Notes: generated from the sequence alone by a model not told the origin. Positions 39,728 to 50,267 are shown, numbered from the stretch's first letter. The stretch: DNA of 64,000 bases from an uncultured Lachnospiraceae bacterium (GCA_947589155.1 CANQBH010000002.1:56077-120076), one strand, 5' to 3'. A program made the numbers and translations.

Positions 39728-40582
39728 ATGAAAAGAAGAAGCCGTACCGCTTTTCCAAGTAAATATGTGCTGGCCGTTTTGACGCTGCTTTTTGTCATGC
39801 TGCTGTTCGCAAGTTACGCGACCGGCTATGAAGGCGAGCCGCTGCGCACGATCTGCAACTATGTGTTCGTGCCGATGCAAAACGGGTTAGAGATCGTCGG
39901 CAGCGCGATCTCCGTCAACAATAACGACACCAAGACCAAAGAGCAGCTGATCGCCGAGAACGAACAGCTGCAGGAGAGGGTGGACGAACTTTCGTCTGCG
40001 CTGACCAAACTGCGGCTGGAACAGTCGGAACTGGAGACGCTGCAGGAGTTGTATGAACTGGATCAGACCTATTCTTCCTATAAAACGACGGGCGCGCGTG
40101 TGATCGCCCGCGGTTCCAACAATTGGTTCCAGACGTTTACGATCGACAAGGGAAGCGACGACGGGATCAAGATCAACATGAACGTGATCGCAGGCAGCGG
40201 CCTGGTCGGGATCGTGACGGACGTCGGCAAGAATTACGCCGTCGTGCAGTCGGTGATCGACGATACCAGCAACGTCAGCGCGATGATCGATTCGACCGGC
40301 GATCACTGTATCGTCTCCGGCGATCTGGAACTGATGTCGGAGAACAATATGATCCGTTTTACCGATCTCGAGGACAGCGACGATGAAGTGGAGGTCGGAA
40401 GCGCCGTGGTCACTTCCAATATCAGCAGCAAGTATGTGCCGGGGCTTTTGATCGGCTATATCACCGATATAGACGGCGATACGAACCACCTGACGAAATC
40501 CGGCAGGCTGACGCCGGTCGTCGACTTCAAGCACCTGCAGGACGTGCTTGTGATCCTGCAGTTAAAGGAGAGCGGAGACTGA
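39728..40582 (+). CDS. mreC: MreC
   Basis: TM, coiled coil, IDKGS.DGI..NM.VI...GLVG.V, VTS.....Y.PG..IG. Confidence 0.93.
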   Translation: MKRRSRTAFPSKYVLAVLTLLFVMLLFASYATGYEGEPLRTICNYVFVPMQNGLEIVGSAISVNNNDTKTKEQLIAENEQLQERVDELSSALTKLRLEQSELETLQELYELDQTYSSYKTTGARVIARGSNNWFQTFTIDKGSDDGIKINMNVIAGSGLVGIVTDVGKNYAVVQSVIDDTSNVSAMIDSTGDHCIVSGDLELMSENNMIRFTDLEDSDDEVEVGSAVVTSNISSKYVPGLLIGYITDIDGDTNHLTKSGRLTPVVDFKHLQDVLVILQLKESGD

Positions 40583-41118
40583 TGGATGCAAAAAAGACCG
40601 TAAAACTGATCTTTTCTCTTGCCGGCATGATCTTTATCGCCTTTCTCCTGCAGACCTCCGTGTTTTCCCATTTGAAACTGGCGGGCGTGTCGCCGAACTT
40701 TATGGTCATACTGACGACGTCGTGGGGACTGATGCGCGGACGGAAGCAGGGCATGGCGGTCGGAGCGGCCTGCGGCCTGATCCTTGATTTTTTCAGCGGC
40801 TCCTATCTCGGCGTCTACGCCCTGATCTTTTTGTATCTGGGGTATCTGAGCGGCGTGTTCCGCAAACTGTTCTTCGGCGACGACTTAAAACTGCCGCTGC
40901 TTTTGATCGGCGTCAACGATATTTTGTACGGCGTCGTGATCTATGTTTTGTATTTTCTGTTGCGCGGCAAGTATGCGTTCGGCTTTTATTTTATGAACGT
41001 CATCATGCCGGAGGCGGTCTATACCATTTTGGTCTCTCTGTTTGCCTATTACCTGATCCACAAGGTAAATCAATGGCTGGAGAAAGATGAGAAAAGGAGT
41101 AACCATAGCCTTGTTTGA
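40582..41118 (+). CDS. mreD: MreD
   Basis: Hydrophobic; P.F......GL..G...G...G...GLILD; operon position. Confidence 0.9.
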   Translation: MDAKKTVKLIFSLAGMIFIAFLLQTSVFSHLKLAGVSPNFMVILTTSWGLMRGRKQGMAVGAACGLILDFFSGSYLGVYALIFLYLGYLSGVFRKLFFGDDLKLPLLLIGVNDILYGVVIYVLYFLLRGKYAFGFYFMNVIMPEAVYTILVSLFAYYLIHKVNQWLEKDEKRSNHSLV

Positions 41119-43960
41119 ATCACTGCTGGAATATCTGAAAAGCCTGTTTTCTTCACGCATCCGTGTGATCACCGCCGTTTTCATCCTGTTTTCGGTCATA
41201 CTTGCAATGCGTCTTTTTCTGCTGCAGATCGTCCGCGGCGCGGATTATCAGGCGGACTATGACCTGACCGTGGAAAAGACGGAAACGATCGACGCGACCC
41301 GCGGCAATATCTACGACCGCAACGGAACGCTTCTGGCCTATAACGAACTTGCCTATGCCATTACGATTGAAGACAGCGGCACCTATGAGAGCCGCAAGGA
41401 CCGTAACAAAAAAATGAACGAGGAGATCGCGCAGATCATCACCCACATCGAAAAAAACGGCGATCAGATCGACAACGATTTCGGGATCGTTCGGACGTCC
41501 TCCGGCAAATACGAGTTCACCCATCCGGAAGGCACGTCTTTGCAGCGTTTTCGCGCGGACGTCTTCGGTTATGCGAGCATCGACAGCCTGACAAAAAACA
41601 AAGACATGGGCTTTGACGAGGCTTCCGCCGATCCGCAGCAGATCATGGACTATCTGATGAGCGATTACCGCTACGGCGTCTCCAAGGAGTATCCGGAGCA
41701 GCTGCGCTATCAGATCTGCGTGGTGCGCTATAACATCGGGCAGAACAGTTTCCAGAAATATATCGAGACGACGATCGCCAGCGACGTAAGCAAGGAATCG
41801 GTCGCCTACATCAAAGAAAACATCAACACGCTGACGGGCGTCAATATCGAGGAAAAATCCGTGCGCAGGTATGTGGACAGCGAATATTTTTCCCATATCG
41901 TCGGCTATGTGGGAACAATCTCCACGGAAGAATACGAAGAACTCCACAAAGAAGACAAGAACGTGGAATTGACGGATGTGATCGGAAAATCCGGCATAGA
42001 GCAGTACATGAACGAATACTTATCCGGTCAGAAGGGAAAGCAGACCATCTATGTGGACAGCGTCGGCAGCCTGATTCAGGTGTCGGATTATAAGGAACCG
42101 TCTCCGGGCAGCGACGTTTATGTGTCCTTGGATCATGATCTTCAGGTCGCGGCCTATAAGGCGCTCGAGCGGGAGATCGCGAGCATCGTCTATTCCAAGA
42201 TCGCGAACATCAAGACCTATACGCCGTCCGAAGACGAGTCGGACATCGTCATTCCCGTCTACGACGTTTATTTTTCGTTCATCGACAACAACCTGATCGA
42301 TACGGATCATTTTTCCGCGGGCGATGCGAGCGAGACGGAAAAAGACGTGCTGAAGGCCTATCAGACGAAGAAGGACGAAGTGTTCGCAGAACTTGACCGG
42401 CAACTCCATCAGGCGTCGCCGACGGTCTACCGCGATCTGCCGGAAGAATATCAGGAATACAGCACATACCTTGTGACGCTCTTAAAATCCGAAGGCGTCT
42501 TTGACAGCAGCGCGATCGATTCGTCTTCCAAAGAGCAGAACGATTGGACGAACGAAGCGCTCAGCGTCAACGAATACCTGACGTTTGCCATCGAGCAGAA
42601 CTGGATCGATATCCGGACGTTCGCGCAGTCTAAAAAATATGCGGATACGCAGGAACTCTACGATCTTTTGATCGAGCATGTGCTGGAAGAACTGAAGGAA
42701 GATTCCGCGTTTGAAAAACTGATCTATAAGTATCTCCTTCAGCAGGATAAGATCTCCGGCAACCAGTTGTGCGCGATCCTCTATGAACAGGGCGTACTGC
42801 CGGAAGATGAAGCGACGCATCAGGCGCTCTTGTCCGGCGGGATCTCCGCCTATTCGTTTGTGACCGGCAAGATCCGGAGCCTTGAGATCACGCCGGGGCA
42901 GTTGGCACTCGATCCGTGTTCCGGTTCCGCCGTCGTGATGGATCCGAACAGCGGCGAGATCCTCGCCTGCGTCACCTATCCGGGCTATGACAATAACCGT
43001 CTGGCCAATTCGGTGGACAGTGACTATTACAGTTATCTCAGCCTGAGCAAATCCAATCCGCTCTATAATTACGCGACGCAGCAGCGGACGGCGCCGGGAT
43101 CCACCTACAAGATCATCAGCGCTACGGCGGGGCTTGCCGAACACCGGATCACGACGTCGTCGCTGATCGATGATCTCGGACAGTTTGAGAAAGTGGACAA
43201 CAGGCCGAAATGCTGGGCGTTCCCAAGCAATCACGGACTGATCAACGTATCGCAGGCCCTGCGCGTTTCCTGCAACTATTTCTTCTATGAAGTCGGTTAC
43301 GAACTGGCGGGCGGGGATTTTAACTATGACGACGAGGCAGGGATCAATACCCTGTCAAAATATGCCGCCATGTACGGGCTGAATGAAAAGACGGGCATTG
43401 AGATCGAGGAGAACAAGCCGAGCGTCGCAACGGAATATCCGGTCATGGCGGCGATCGGGCAGTCGGACAACAACTTTACGACGATCTCTCTGGCGCGCTA
43501 TATCGCCGCCGTCGCAAACCGCGGCACGGTCTACGATCTGACGCTGCTCGACCGGCTTCAGGATCCCGAGAGCGGAAATGTCTTGCAGACTTACGAGCCT
43601 TCGGTACACAACCGTATCGACGTGCTCTCCGCCGACGAGTGGAATACGATCGACGTCGGCCTGCGGGGCGTGGTGGAAGATCTGTCCGCGTTCAAAGGGC
43701 TTTCCGTGGAAGCCGCCGGCAAGACCGGAACGGCGCAGCAGGACCTGACACGGCCGAACCACGCGCTGTTCGTCGGATACGCCCCGTATCAGAATCCGCA
43801 GATCGCCGTGGCGACCCGTATCGCTTTCGGATACAGTTCCGCCAACGCGTCGATCGTCGCGGCGGACATCATGTCGTATTACTTCGGAGAGACCAGTCTC
43901 GAGAATTTGTTAAATACCGAGGTGGGTTCCGTTACGACCAATAACGCCGTTACAGACTAA
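41111..43960 (+). CDS. Class B penicillin-binding protein (PBP2/MrdA-like) with large insertions
   Basis: RGNIYDRNG, GKSGIE, PGSTYK (SxxK), SCN, GKTGT; start probably TTG 41111. Confidence 0.92.
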   Translation: MFESLLEYLKSLFSSRIRVITAVFILFSVILAMRLFLLQIVRGADYQADYDLTVEKTETIDATRGNIYDRNGTLLAYNELAYAITIEDSGTYESRKDRNKKMNEEIAQIITHIEKNGDQIDNDFGIVRTSSGKYEFTHPEGTSLQRFRADVFGYASIDSLTKNKDMGFDEASADPQQIMDYLMSDYRYGVSKEYPEQLRYQICVVRYNIGQNSFQKYIETTIASDVSKESVAYIKENINTLTGVNIEEKSVRRYVDSEYFSHIVGYVGTISTEEYEELHKEDKNVELTDVIGKSGIEQYMNEYLSGQKGKQTIYVDSVGSLIQVSDYKEPSPGSDVYVSLDHDLQVAAYKALEREIASIVYSKIANIKTYTPSEDESDIVIPVYDVYFSFIDNNLIDTDHFSAGDASETEKDVLKAYQTKKDEVFAELDRQLHQASPTVYRDLPEEYQEYSTYLVTLLKSEGVFDSSAIDSSSKEQNDWTNEALSVNEYLTFAIEQNWIDIRTFAQSKKYADTQELYDLLIEHVLEELKEDSAFEKLIYKYLLQQDKISGNQLCAILYEQGVLPEDEATHQALLSGGISAYSFVTGKIRSLEITPGQLALDPCSGSAVVMDPNSGEILACVTYPGYDNNRLANSVDSDYYSYLSLSKSNPLYNYATQQRTAPGSTYKIISATAGLAEHRITTSSLIDDLGQFEKVDNRPKCWAFPSNHGLINVSQALRVSCNYFFYEVGYELAGGDFNYDDEAGINTLSKYAAMYGLNEKTGIEIEENKPSVATEYPVMAAIGQSDNNFTTISLARYIAAVANRGTVYDLTLLDRLQDPESGNVLQTYEPSVHNRIDVLSADEWNTIDVGLRGVVEDLSAFKGLSVEAAGKTGTAQQDLTRPNHALFVGYAPYQNPQIAVATRIAFGYSSANASIVAADIMSYYFGETSLENLLNTEVGSVTTNNAVTD

Positions 43961-43971
43961 GGGAGGTCATT

Positions 43972-44646
43972 ATGAAAAATCCGGTGGTCATCAAAAGCAA
44001 CACGCACGGACTGACTCTTTTGCTGGATCCGGAGATCCCGTTTGAAGATCTGGTTCGGGAAATATGCAGGAAATTTGCCGCTTCCCGCGATTTCTTCGGC
44101 GAAGTGGAACTGGTCCTTTCCGTCGAGGGACGGGAGGTGACGGCGGAGGAGACCGCGGTCATCATTGAAGCCATCGAATTAAATTCCGGCATCACCGTAT
44201 CCCTGATTCAGGAGAAGCAGACGTTAAAAGATCTGCAAATGCAGGGAAAAATCGACAAATTTTACTTTGAAAAGTTGGATGAAAATGCTAAAATTATCAA
44301 AGGCAGTATAAAGAACCGCCAGCGTATCCAGAGCGATACCGGTCTGGTGATCCTCGGCGACGTCAAGGCAAACGCCGTCGTAGAAGCCCGAGGAAACGTG
44401 ATCGTGATGGGTCTGATCGAAGGCATGGTACACGCAGGTTATCCCGACGGGAATCACTGCTATATCGTCGCCGGAGGCATTACTTCCGATTCCCTTGCCA
44501 TCGGCACAGTCCGTGGCGAGCCGACCGTACAAAAGAAATGGTTCAGCCGTATGCAAAAGAGCAAGAGCGAACCCGTCGCCGTTGTCGTATGGGAAGGCGT
44601 CTTGCTGAGCGAACCGCTGAGCAGCGGACTAATCAAGCAAAGGTAG
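43972..44646 (+). CDS. minC: Septum site-determining protein MinC
   Basis: VVIKS...G; C-terminal beta-helix (LVILGDV...A.V.A.GNVIVMG...G.VHAG). Confidence 0.85.
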   Translation: MKNPVVIKSNTHGLTLLLDPEIPFEDLVREICRKFAASRDFFGEVELVLSVEGREVTAEETAVIIEAIELNSGITVSLIQEKQTLKDLQMQGKIDKFYFEKLDENAKIIKGSIKNRQRIQSDTGLVILGDVKANAVVEARGNVIVMGLIEGMVHAGYPDGNHCYIVAGGITSDSLAIGTVRGEPTVQKKWFSRMQKSKSEPVAVVVWEGVLLSEPLSSGLIKQR

Positions 44647-44654
44647 GGATAGGA

Positions 44655-45335
44655 TTGAGTGAAATTTTGATGATCGCTTCGGGAAAGGGCGGCGTCGGAA
44701 AGACGACGGCCACCGCTTTTCTGGGCACGGAACTTTCACGCATGGATAAATCCGTCGTCATGATCGATACTGACTTCGGCCTAAGGAATCTGGATCTGCA
44801 TTTTTCTCTGGATCAGAAGATCGTCTACAATATCGTGGACGTGCTGGAAGGGACATGCTCCCTGCGGCAGGCGCTGATCCCGCTGGAACCGTCGCGGAAA
44901 CTATACATCCTTCCGGGCAGCAAGGATTACCGCTATTGCCTTTCGCAAAGCGCGCTGGTTCACGTCCTGCAGGAACTGACAAAAGATTTCGACGATATTT
45001 TGATCGATACGCCGGCCGGTATCTCAGACACCCATCTCAAGATCCTGCCCTGCGTTACGGAAGTCCTGCTCGTCACCACGCTGACGGACGCGTCGATCAG
45101 GGACGCCATCACGATGGGGAGCGTCATCAAAAAATACGGCGTGCCTACGCGGATCCTGTTTAACCGGATCAGCAAAACCGCGATGGCGCATATGGAAAAC
45201 CGCCACCTCCTGTATCTGAGCCAGGACGTGTTTCAGATGGAAAGCATCGGTGTCTTCCCGTATATCGGCGAATACGGGATGCACGGCGCAAAGAAAATAC
45301 AGCGGTCCCTGCAGCAGATCTGTACCCAGATCTAG
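44655..45335 (+). CDS. minD: MinD-like ATPase, shortened at C terminus (226 aa)
   Basis: SGKGGVGKTT, DTDFGLRNLD, IDTPAG; start TTG 44655. Confidence 0.82.
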   Translation: MSEILMIASGKGGVGKTTATAFLGTELSRMDKSVVMIDTDFGLRNLDLHFSLDQKIVYNIVDVLEGTCSLRQALIPLEPSRKLYILPGSKDYRYCLSQSALVHVLQELTKDFDDILIDTPAGISDTHLKILPCVTEVLLVTTLTDASIRDAITMGSVIKKYGVPTRILFNRISKTAMAHMENRHLLYLSQDVFQMESIGVFPYIGEYGMHGAKKIQRSLQQICTQI

Positions 45336-45357
45336 CGGGACAAGAAAAGAGAGCGTT

Positions 45358-46458
45358 ATGTTCCGACGTTATAAGTTTAAGAACCTGAATTTCAAACTCA
45401 TCATCGGCGTAGTCGCCCTGACGATCATCGGAATCCTCGTGATCGGCAGCGCCAATTACGAATACCAGTCGCGGCAGATCCTCGGCATGATCCTCGGGAT
45501 CGTGGTCATGGCGGCGGTCGCGCTGATCGATTATGACGTAGTGCTTCAGTTTTCATGGGTGTACTATCTGGCGGTGGTCGTGCTGCTCGTCCTCGTTCTT
45601 TTGATCGGCGACAGCAGCGGCGGCGCGACGCGCTGGATCGATTTCGGGATCCGTTTCCAGCCGTCCGAACTCGGAAAGATCCTGCTGATCCTCTTTTTTT
45701 CGAGTTATCTGATGCGCCATGAGGACGATATCAACAACGCGAAGTTTTTGCTCAAGACAGCGCTCATCGCAGCGGTCCCTCTTGCGCTGATCGTCAAAGA
45801 ACCGGATCTTTCCACGACGATCGTTACGTTTTTGATCATTGCCATCCTGCTGTTTGCCACGGGCCTCAGTTACAAGATCGTCGGGACCGTGATCGGTATC
45901 GCGGCGCCTTTGATCGCGGTCCTGCTTTTGATGGTCGTGCAGGGCAAGCAGACGGTCCTCTTAAAATACATGGATCTGCGTATCCTTGCATGGCTGAAAC
46001 CGGAAGATTATCCGAGCGACGCGTATCAGCAGCAGAATTCGATCATGGCCATCGGCTCCGGGCAGTTGCTTGGCAAGGGGCTCTACAATACCAGCGTGGA
46101 CTCGGTAAAGAACGGCAATTATATCTCCGAACCGCAGACGGACTTTATCTTTGCGGTCGCGGGAGAGGAGATGGGCTTTGTCGGATCGCTGCTGATCGTC
46201 GGTCTGCTGTTGTTTATCACATACCAGTGTATCCGGACGGCGAAAAAAGCGAAAGATCTTTCCGGACAGTTGATCTGTATCGGCATGGCGGCGCTGATCG
46301 GCGTGCAGAGTTTTGTCAACATTTGCGTCGTGACAGGGCTTTTGCCGAACACCGGCCTGCCGCTCCCGTTCGTCAGTTACGGCCTGACTTCGCTGGTGAC
46401 GCTGTATTTTGGGATCGGCTTTGTCTTAAACGTAGGATTGCAGGCAAAGAAATATTAG
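45358..46458 (+). CDS. rodA: SEDS protein RodA
   Basis: GATRWI, FQPSE, EPDL, AIGSG, QTDFIF...GEE.G, PFVSYG; in mre operon. Confidence 0.9.
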   Translation: MFRRYKFKNLNFKLIIGVVALTIIGILVIGSANYEYQSRQILGMILGIVVMAAVALIDYDVVLQFSWVYYLAVVVLLVLVLLIGDSSGGATRWIDFGIRFQPSELGKILLILFFSSYLMRHEDDINNAKFLLKTALIAAVPLALIVKEPDLSTTIVTFLIIAILLFATGLSYKIVGTVIGIAAPLIAVLLLMVVQGKQTVLLKYMDLRILAWLKPEDYPSDAYQQQNSIMAIGSGQLLGKGLYNTSVDSVKNGNYISEPQTDFIFAVAGEEMGFVGSLLIVGLLLFITYQCIRTAKKAKDLSGQLICIGMAALIGVQSFVNICVVTGLLPNTGLPLPFVSYGLTSLVTLYFGIGFVLNVGLQAKKY

Positions 46459-46474
46459 ATAAGGAGATGGGACT

Positions 46475-46870
46475 ATGAACATTGGATTGGTGGCGCACGA
46501 TTCAAAGAAAAAACTGATGCAGAATTTCTGTATCGCGTATCGCGGGATCCTGTGCAAGAACGATCTGTTTGCGACGGGAACGACCGGACGGCTGATCGAG
46601 GAAGTTACGAACCTTTCCGTGCATAAATATCTGGCGGGACATCTGGGAGGCACGCAGCAGCTCGGCGCGCAGATCGAACACAACGAGATCGACCTTGTGA
46701 TCTTTCTGCGCGATCCTTTGACGGCCAAGTCCCATGAGCCGGACGTCAACAGTATCGTAAGGATCTGCGACGCGAACAACATCCCGCTGGCGACCAATCT
46801 GGCGACCGCGGAACTTTTGATAAAATCTTTGGACAGAGGAGATCTTGAGTGGCGTGAAATGTATCGGTAA
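46475..46870 (+). CDS. mgsA: Methylglyoxal synthase
   Basis: LVAHD, ATGTTG, LRDPL, HEPD, PLATN. Confidence 0.93.
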   Translation: MNIGLVAHDSKKKLMQNFCIAYRGILCKNDLFATGTTGRLIEEVTNLSVHKYLAGHLGGTQQLGAQIEHNEIDLVIFLRDPLTAKSHEPDVNSIVRICDANNIPLATNLATAELLIKSLDRGDLEWREMYR

Positions 46871-47846
46871 GATCCGTCTGCTGGCGGCGGCTCTGCTGGC
46901 GTCGATCCTTCTTGGCGGCTGCGGCGGTACTTCCACCGCGGTCTCTTATGATCTGGATACGACGTCGTCTCGGTATGGGCTGATAAAGACAACCTCAGAA
47001 AAGACGGATTTCTTTTCTTCCGGCTTATGCGTGACGCAACAGGACAATTTCGGTCTGGAGCAGGTCGATTCCCAAGTGGCAGGCGGCGCGGGCGTCTTCA
47101 ACCTGACGACGGGAAACTGCGCCTATGCGCAGAATATTTTCGGCACCATGTATCCGGCAAGCACGACCAAGATCCTGACCTGCATGACGGCGCTGGAATA
47201 CGGTGATCTCAACAGCAGTATTACGGTCAGCGAGTACGCGGCCGATCAGGCGTCCGATTCTTCCGTCGCCAATCTGGAAGCGGGAGATGTGATGAGCCTG
47301 CACGACCTGCTTTACGGTCTGATGCTGCGCAGCGGCAACGACGCGGCGATCGCGATTGCGGAAGGCGTGGCGGGCAGCGTGGAAAATTTTGCGGATCTGA
47401 TGAACGCCAAGGCCTTGTCGCTTGGCGCGACCCATTCCCATTTTGTGACGCCGCACGGCCTGCATGACGACGACCATTATACGACGATCTACGATATGTA
47501 CCTGATCTTTCAGGAAGCGATCCGCGACGAACGCTTCCTTGCAATCGCGGGATCGTCCGAATATCATGTCGTCTATACCGGAGGCGACGGCGCGCCAAAA
47601 GAGCAGGACTGGCGCAACACCAACCAATATCTGTCCGGCGCAAAGCGCGCTCCGGAAGGATTTCAGGTCGTCTGCGGCAAGACCGGCACGACGTATGAAG
47701 CCGGATACTGCCTTGTGCTTTACAGCAAAAATCCGCAGGGGCAGGACATCGTCTCCATCGTCTATAACGCCGACTGCTCGCTGAATCTGTATTATCTTAT
47801 GAACGAACTCTTATACACCTTCGGCGAGGCCCACGCGGTTATGTAG
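46854..47846 (+). CDS. D-alanyl-D-alanine carboxypeptidase (peptidase S11), lipoprotein
   Basis: LLGGC lipobox, PASTTK, SGN, GKTG; start probably GTG 46854. Confidence 0.9.
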   Translation: MKCIGKIRLLAAALLASILLGGCGGTSTAVSYDLDTTSSRYGLIKTTSEKTDFFSSGLCVTQQDNFGLEQVDSQVAGGAGVFNLTTGNCAYAQNIFGTMYPASTTKILTCMTALEYGDLNSSITVSEYAADQASDSSVANLEAGDVMSLHDLLYGLMLRSGNDAAIAIAEGVAGSVENFADLMNAKALSLGATHSHFVTPHGLHDDDHYTTIYDMYLIFQEAIRDERFLAIAGSSEYHVVYTGGDGAPKEQDWRNTNQYLSGAKRAPEGFQVVCGKTGTTYEAGYCLVLYSKNPQGQDIVSIVYNADCSLNLYYLMNELLYTFGEAHAVM

Positions 47847-47888
47847 ACAGGTGTTCAGTTGCTTGAACACCTTTTATCATGCTAAGGA

Positions 47889-48086
47889 TTACTTGGATCG
47901 GATCCTGCCGTATGCGCTGAGCATATACAAGCCGCTCAGACCTACCACAGCATAAATGATGCGGGAAAGCCAAGACATATTACCAAAGACAAAGGCAACG
48001 AGATCGAACTGAAAGAATCCGATCAGCCCCCAGTTTACGGCGCCGATGATGACAAGCGTCAGTAACGTATAATCTAAACCTTTCAT
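47889..48086 (-). CDS. DUF378 (YuzA-like) small membrane protein
   Basis: IIGAVNWGLIG.F.FDLV; GGAGG RBS; start ATG 48086. Confidence 0.9.
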   Translation of the reverse strand: MKGLDYTLLTLVIIGAVNWGLIGFFQFDLVAFVFGNMSWLSRIIYAVVGLSGLYMLSAYGRIRSK

Positions 48087-48106
48087 ATTGCACCTCCTTC
48101 GTAGGT

Positions 48107-48135
48107 TAGTATGCGGCTGTTTTGCGGATTTATTC
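48107..48135 (-). promoter_or_regulatory. SigG promoter of the DUF378 gene
   Basis: GAATA-17 nt-CATACTA. Confidence 0.75.
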
Positions 48136-48162
48136 ATAGATGACGGAAAAAAGAGGCTGAAA

Positions 48163-49542
48163 ATGAAAAACGATAAAGTAGTCAAATTTCAGAAACAGAT
48201 CCGGCTGCCCGTCGGCGTGATCGTTTTTTTCATCATATCGATCTACGTCCTGTTCCATATCTTCAGTTATCTGACGGCGGAACAGGTGACCGTTTATGAG
48301 GTGAACGCCGGAACGATCGCCGGGAACCGCACCTATCAGGCGGTTGCGGTACGGGAAGAAATGATCGTCAATGCGGACCGTTCCGGCAGCCTTTGCTATT
48401 TTGCGGGCAATCTGGATCAGGTGGGCATACGCTCGAACGTCTATTCCGTGGATCAACGCGGCGACATCTCAAAACTTTTGTCGGCAAAGAACGTGGAGAG
48501 TTCCGCGCTTACGGACAGCGACCGCGCCAAACTGGAGAACGGGATCGCCGGTTTTCTATATGATTTTTCCGACGAACGCTTCCAAAAAGTCTATACGTTT
48601 CAGACGGACCTTTCCTCGGATCTGCAGCAATATTACAGCAACAGCGTGATGAACGACAAGGCGGCGGAGATTTTGACCGCGCAGGAAGAAGGGGATTTTC
48701 AGTTTTATGCAGCGCCGCAGCCGGGGATCGTGGTCTATCAGCTCGACGGCTACGAAGGGCTGACGATGGATGCGATATCCTCCGACGTTTTTGCGCAGGC
48801 CAATCATGACGTCACGAACTTAAAGACGCAGAACAGCGTAAAAGAAGGGCAGCCGGTCTATAAACTGATCACGTCCGACCACTGGTCGCTGGTGCTGGAG
48901 ATCACGGACGAACTGGCAGAACAGTTGCGCGAAGAACAGACGGAGTATATCCATCTGCGCTTCCTTTCGGACAATGCGGAGACGTGGGCGGCGTGTTCGA
49001 TCATGGAAAAATCCGGCGCTTCTTATCTGGTGCTGGCGCTGGACGACAGCGTAAACCGCTATGCGGATCAGCGGTTTCTGCAGGTGGAACTTCTGCTGTC
49101 GGAGCGCAGCGGCTTAAAGATCCCAAATTCCGCCATTGTCGAAAAGGAATTTTTTACGATCCCGAAGGCGTATGCGTTTCGCGGGAACGACACGACGGAT
49201 CCCGGCTTCCTGAAGCAGGGGCAGGGGCAGGAGGAACTTGTGATGCCGGACGTGATCTACGAAACGGACGAGTTCTATTACGTCGACAGTGAAAAACTGC
49301 ACGACGGGGACGTGCTGCTCAAGCCGGATTCTTCCGACCGCTATACGGTCGGAAAAGATAAGGACGATCTTTCCGGCGTCTATTGCGTCAACAAGGGCTA
49401 TGCCGTCTTTAAGCGGATCGAGCCGGTCTTTAAGAACGAAGACTATACGATCGTAAAAAGCGGCACGTCGTACGGGATCGCCCTGTACGACCATATCGCC
49501 CTGCAGGCGGACCGGATCGAAGAAAACGCAGTGATACATTAG
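48163..49542 (+). CDS. HlyD-like membrane-anchored protein upstream of yggS
   Basis: Single TM, G.V.Y..DGYE, GLKIP.SAI, GVY....G.A.F, LYD. Confidence 0.75.
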   Translation: MKNDKVVKFQKQIRLPVGVIVFFIISIYVLFHIFSYLTAEQVTVYEVNAGTIAGNRTYQAVAVREEMIVNADRSGSLCYFAGNLDQVGIRSNVYSVDQRGDISKLLSAKNVESSALTDSDRAKLENGIAGFLYDFSDERFQKVYTFQTDLSSDLQQYYSNSVMNDKAAEILTAQEEGDFQFYAAPQPGIVVYQLDGYEGLTMDAISSDVFAQANHDVTNLKTQNSVKEGQPVYKLITSDHWSLVLEITDELAEQLREEQTEYIHLRFLSDNAETWAACSIMEKSGASYLVLALDDSVNRYADQRFLQVELLLSERSGLKIPNSAIVEKEFFTIPKAYAFRGNDTTDPGFLKQGQGQEELVMPDVIYETDEFYYVDSEKLHDGDVLLKPDSSDRYTVGKDKDDLSGVYCVNKGYAVFKRIEPVFKNEDYTIVKSGTSYGIALYDHIALQADRIEENAVIH

Positions 49543-49557
49543 AAAGAGGGGACAAGT

Positions 49558-50256
49558 ATGCTGGAAGAAAATCTTTTACAGGTGGAACAAAAGATACAGG
49601 CGGCCTGCGAGCGCAGCGGGCGGGACAGGCAGGAGGTGACGCTGATCGCCGTGGGAAAGACGAAGCCTGCGTCCATGTTGAACGAGGTCTATCAGTGCGG
49701 CGTCCGCGACTTCGGGGAAAACAAGGTGCAGGAGATGTGCCGGAAGATGGAGGAACTCCCGAAGGATATCCGCTGGCACATGATCGGGCATCTGCAGCGC
49801 AACAAGGTCAAATATATCGTCGGAAGCGCGGCGCTGATCCATTCGGTCGACAGTTTTCGGCTGGCGGAGGAGATCAACATCTGCGCCAAGAAGAAAAAGA
49901 TCGTCATGCCTATTCTTGTGGAAGTGAACATCGCGCAGGAAGAATCAAAATTCGGCGTAACCAAAGAAGACGCCGTCGAACTGGTCAGGCAGATCGCGCA
50001 GCTGGACGGCCTCAGCGTCCGTGGATTGATGACCATAGCACCATATGTTGTGGATTCTGAGCAAAATCGGCCTTATTTCCGCAAAATAAAGGATTTATCT
50101 ATTGACATAGACGCACAAAAGATTCATAATGTATCTATGGATATTTTGTCCATGGGAATGACCGGAGATTATGAGGTGGCCATCGAAGAAGGAGCCACGA
50201 TGGTTCGGGTCGGAACCGGTATCTTTGGTCAGCGCGACTATCAAACAAAGGTATAA
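49558..50256 (+). CDS. yggS: PLP homeostasis protein YggS
   Basis: LIAVGKT, FGENKVQE, WHMIGHLQ.NK, LSMGM, RVGT.IFG. Confidence 0.95.
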   Translation: MLEENLLQVEQKIQAACERSGRDRQEVTLIAVGKTKPASMLNEVYQCGVRDFGENKVQEMCRKMEELPKDIRWHMIGHLQRNKVKYIVGSAALIHSVDSFRLAEEINICAKKKKIVMPILVEVNIAQEESKFGVTKEDAVELVRQIAQLDGLSVRGLMTIAPYVVDSEQNRPYFRKIKDLSIDIDAQKIHNVSMDILSMGMTGDYEVAIEEGATMVRVGTGIFGQRDYQTKV

Positions 50257-50267
50257 GGAGAAAACAG

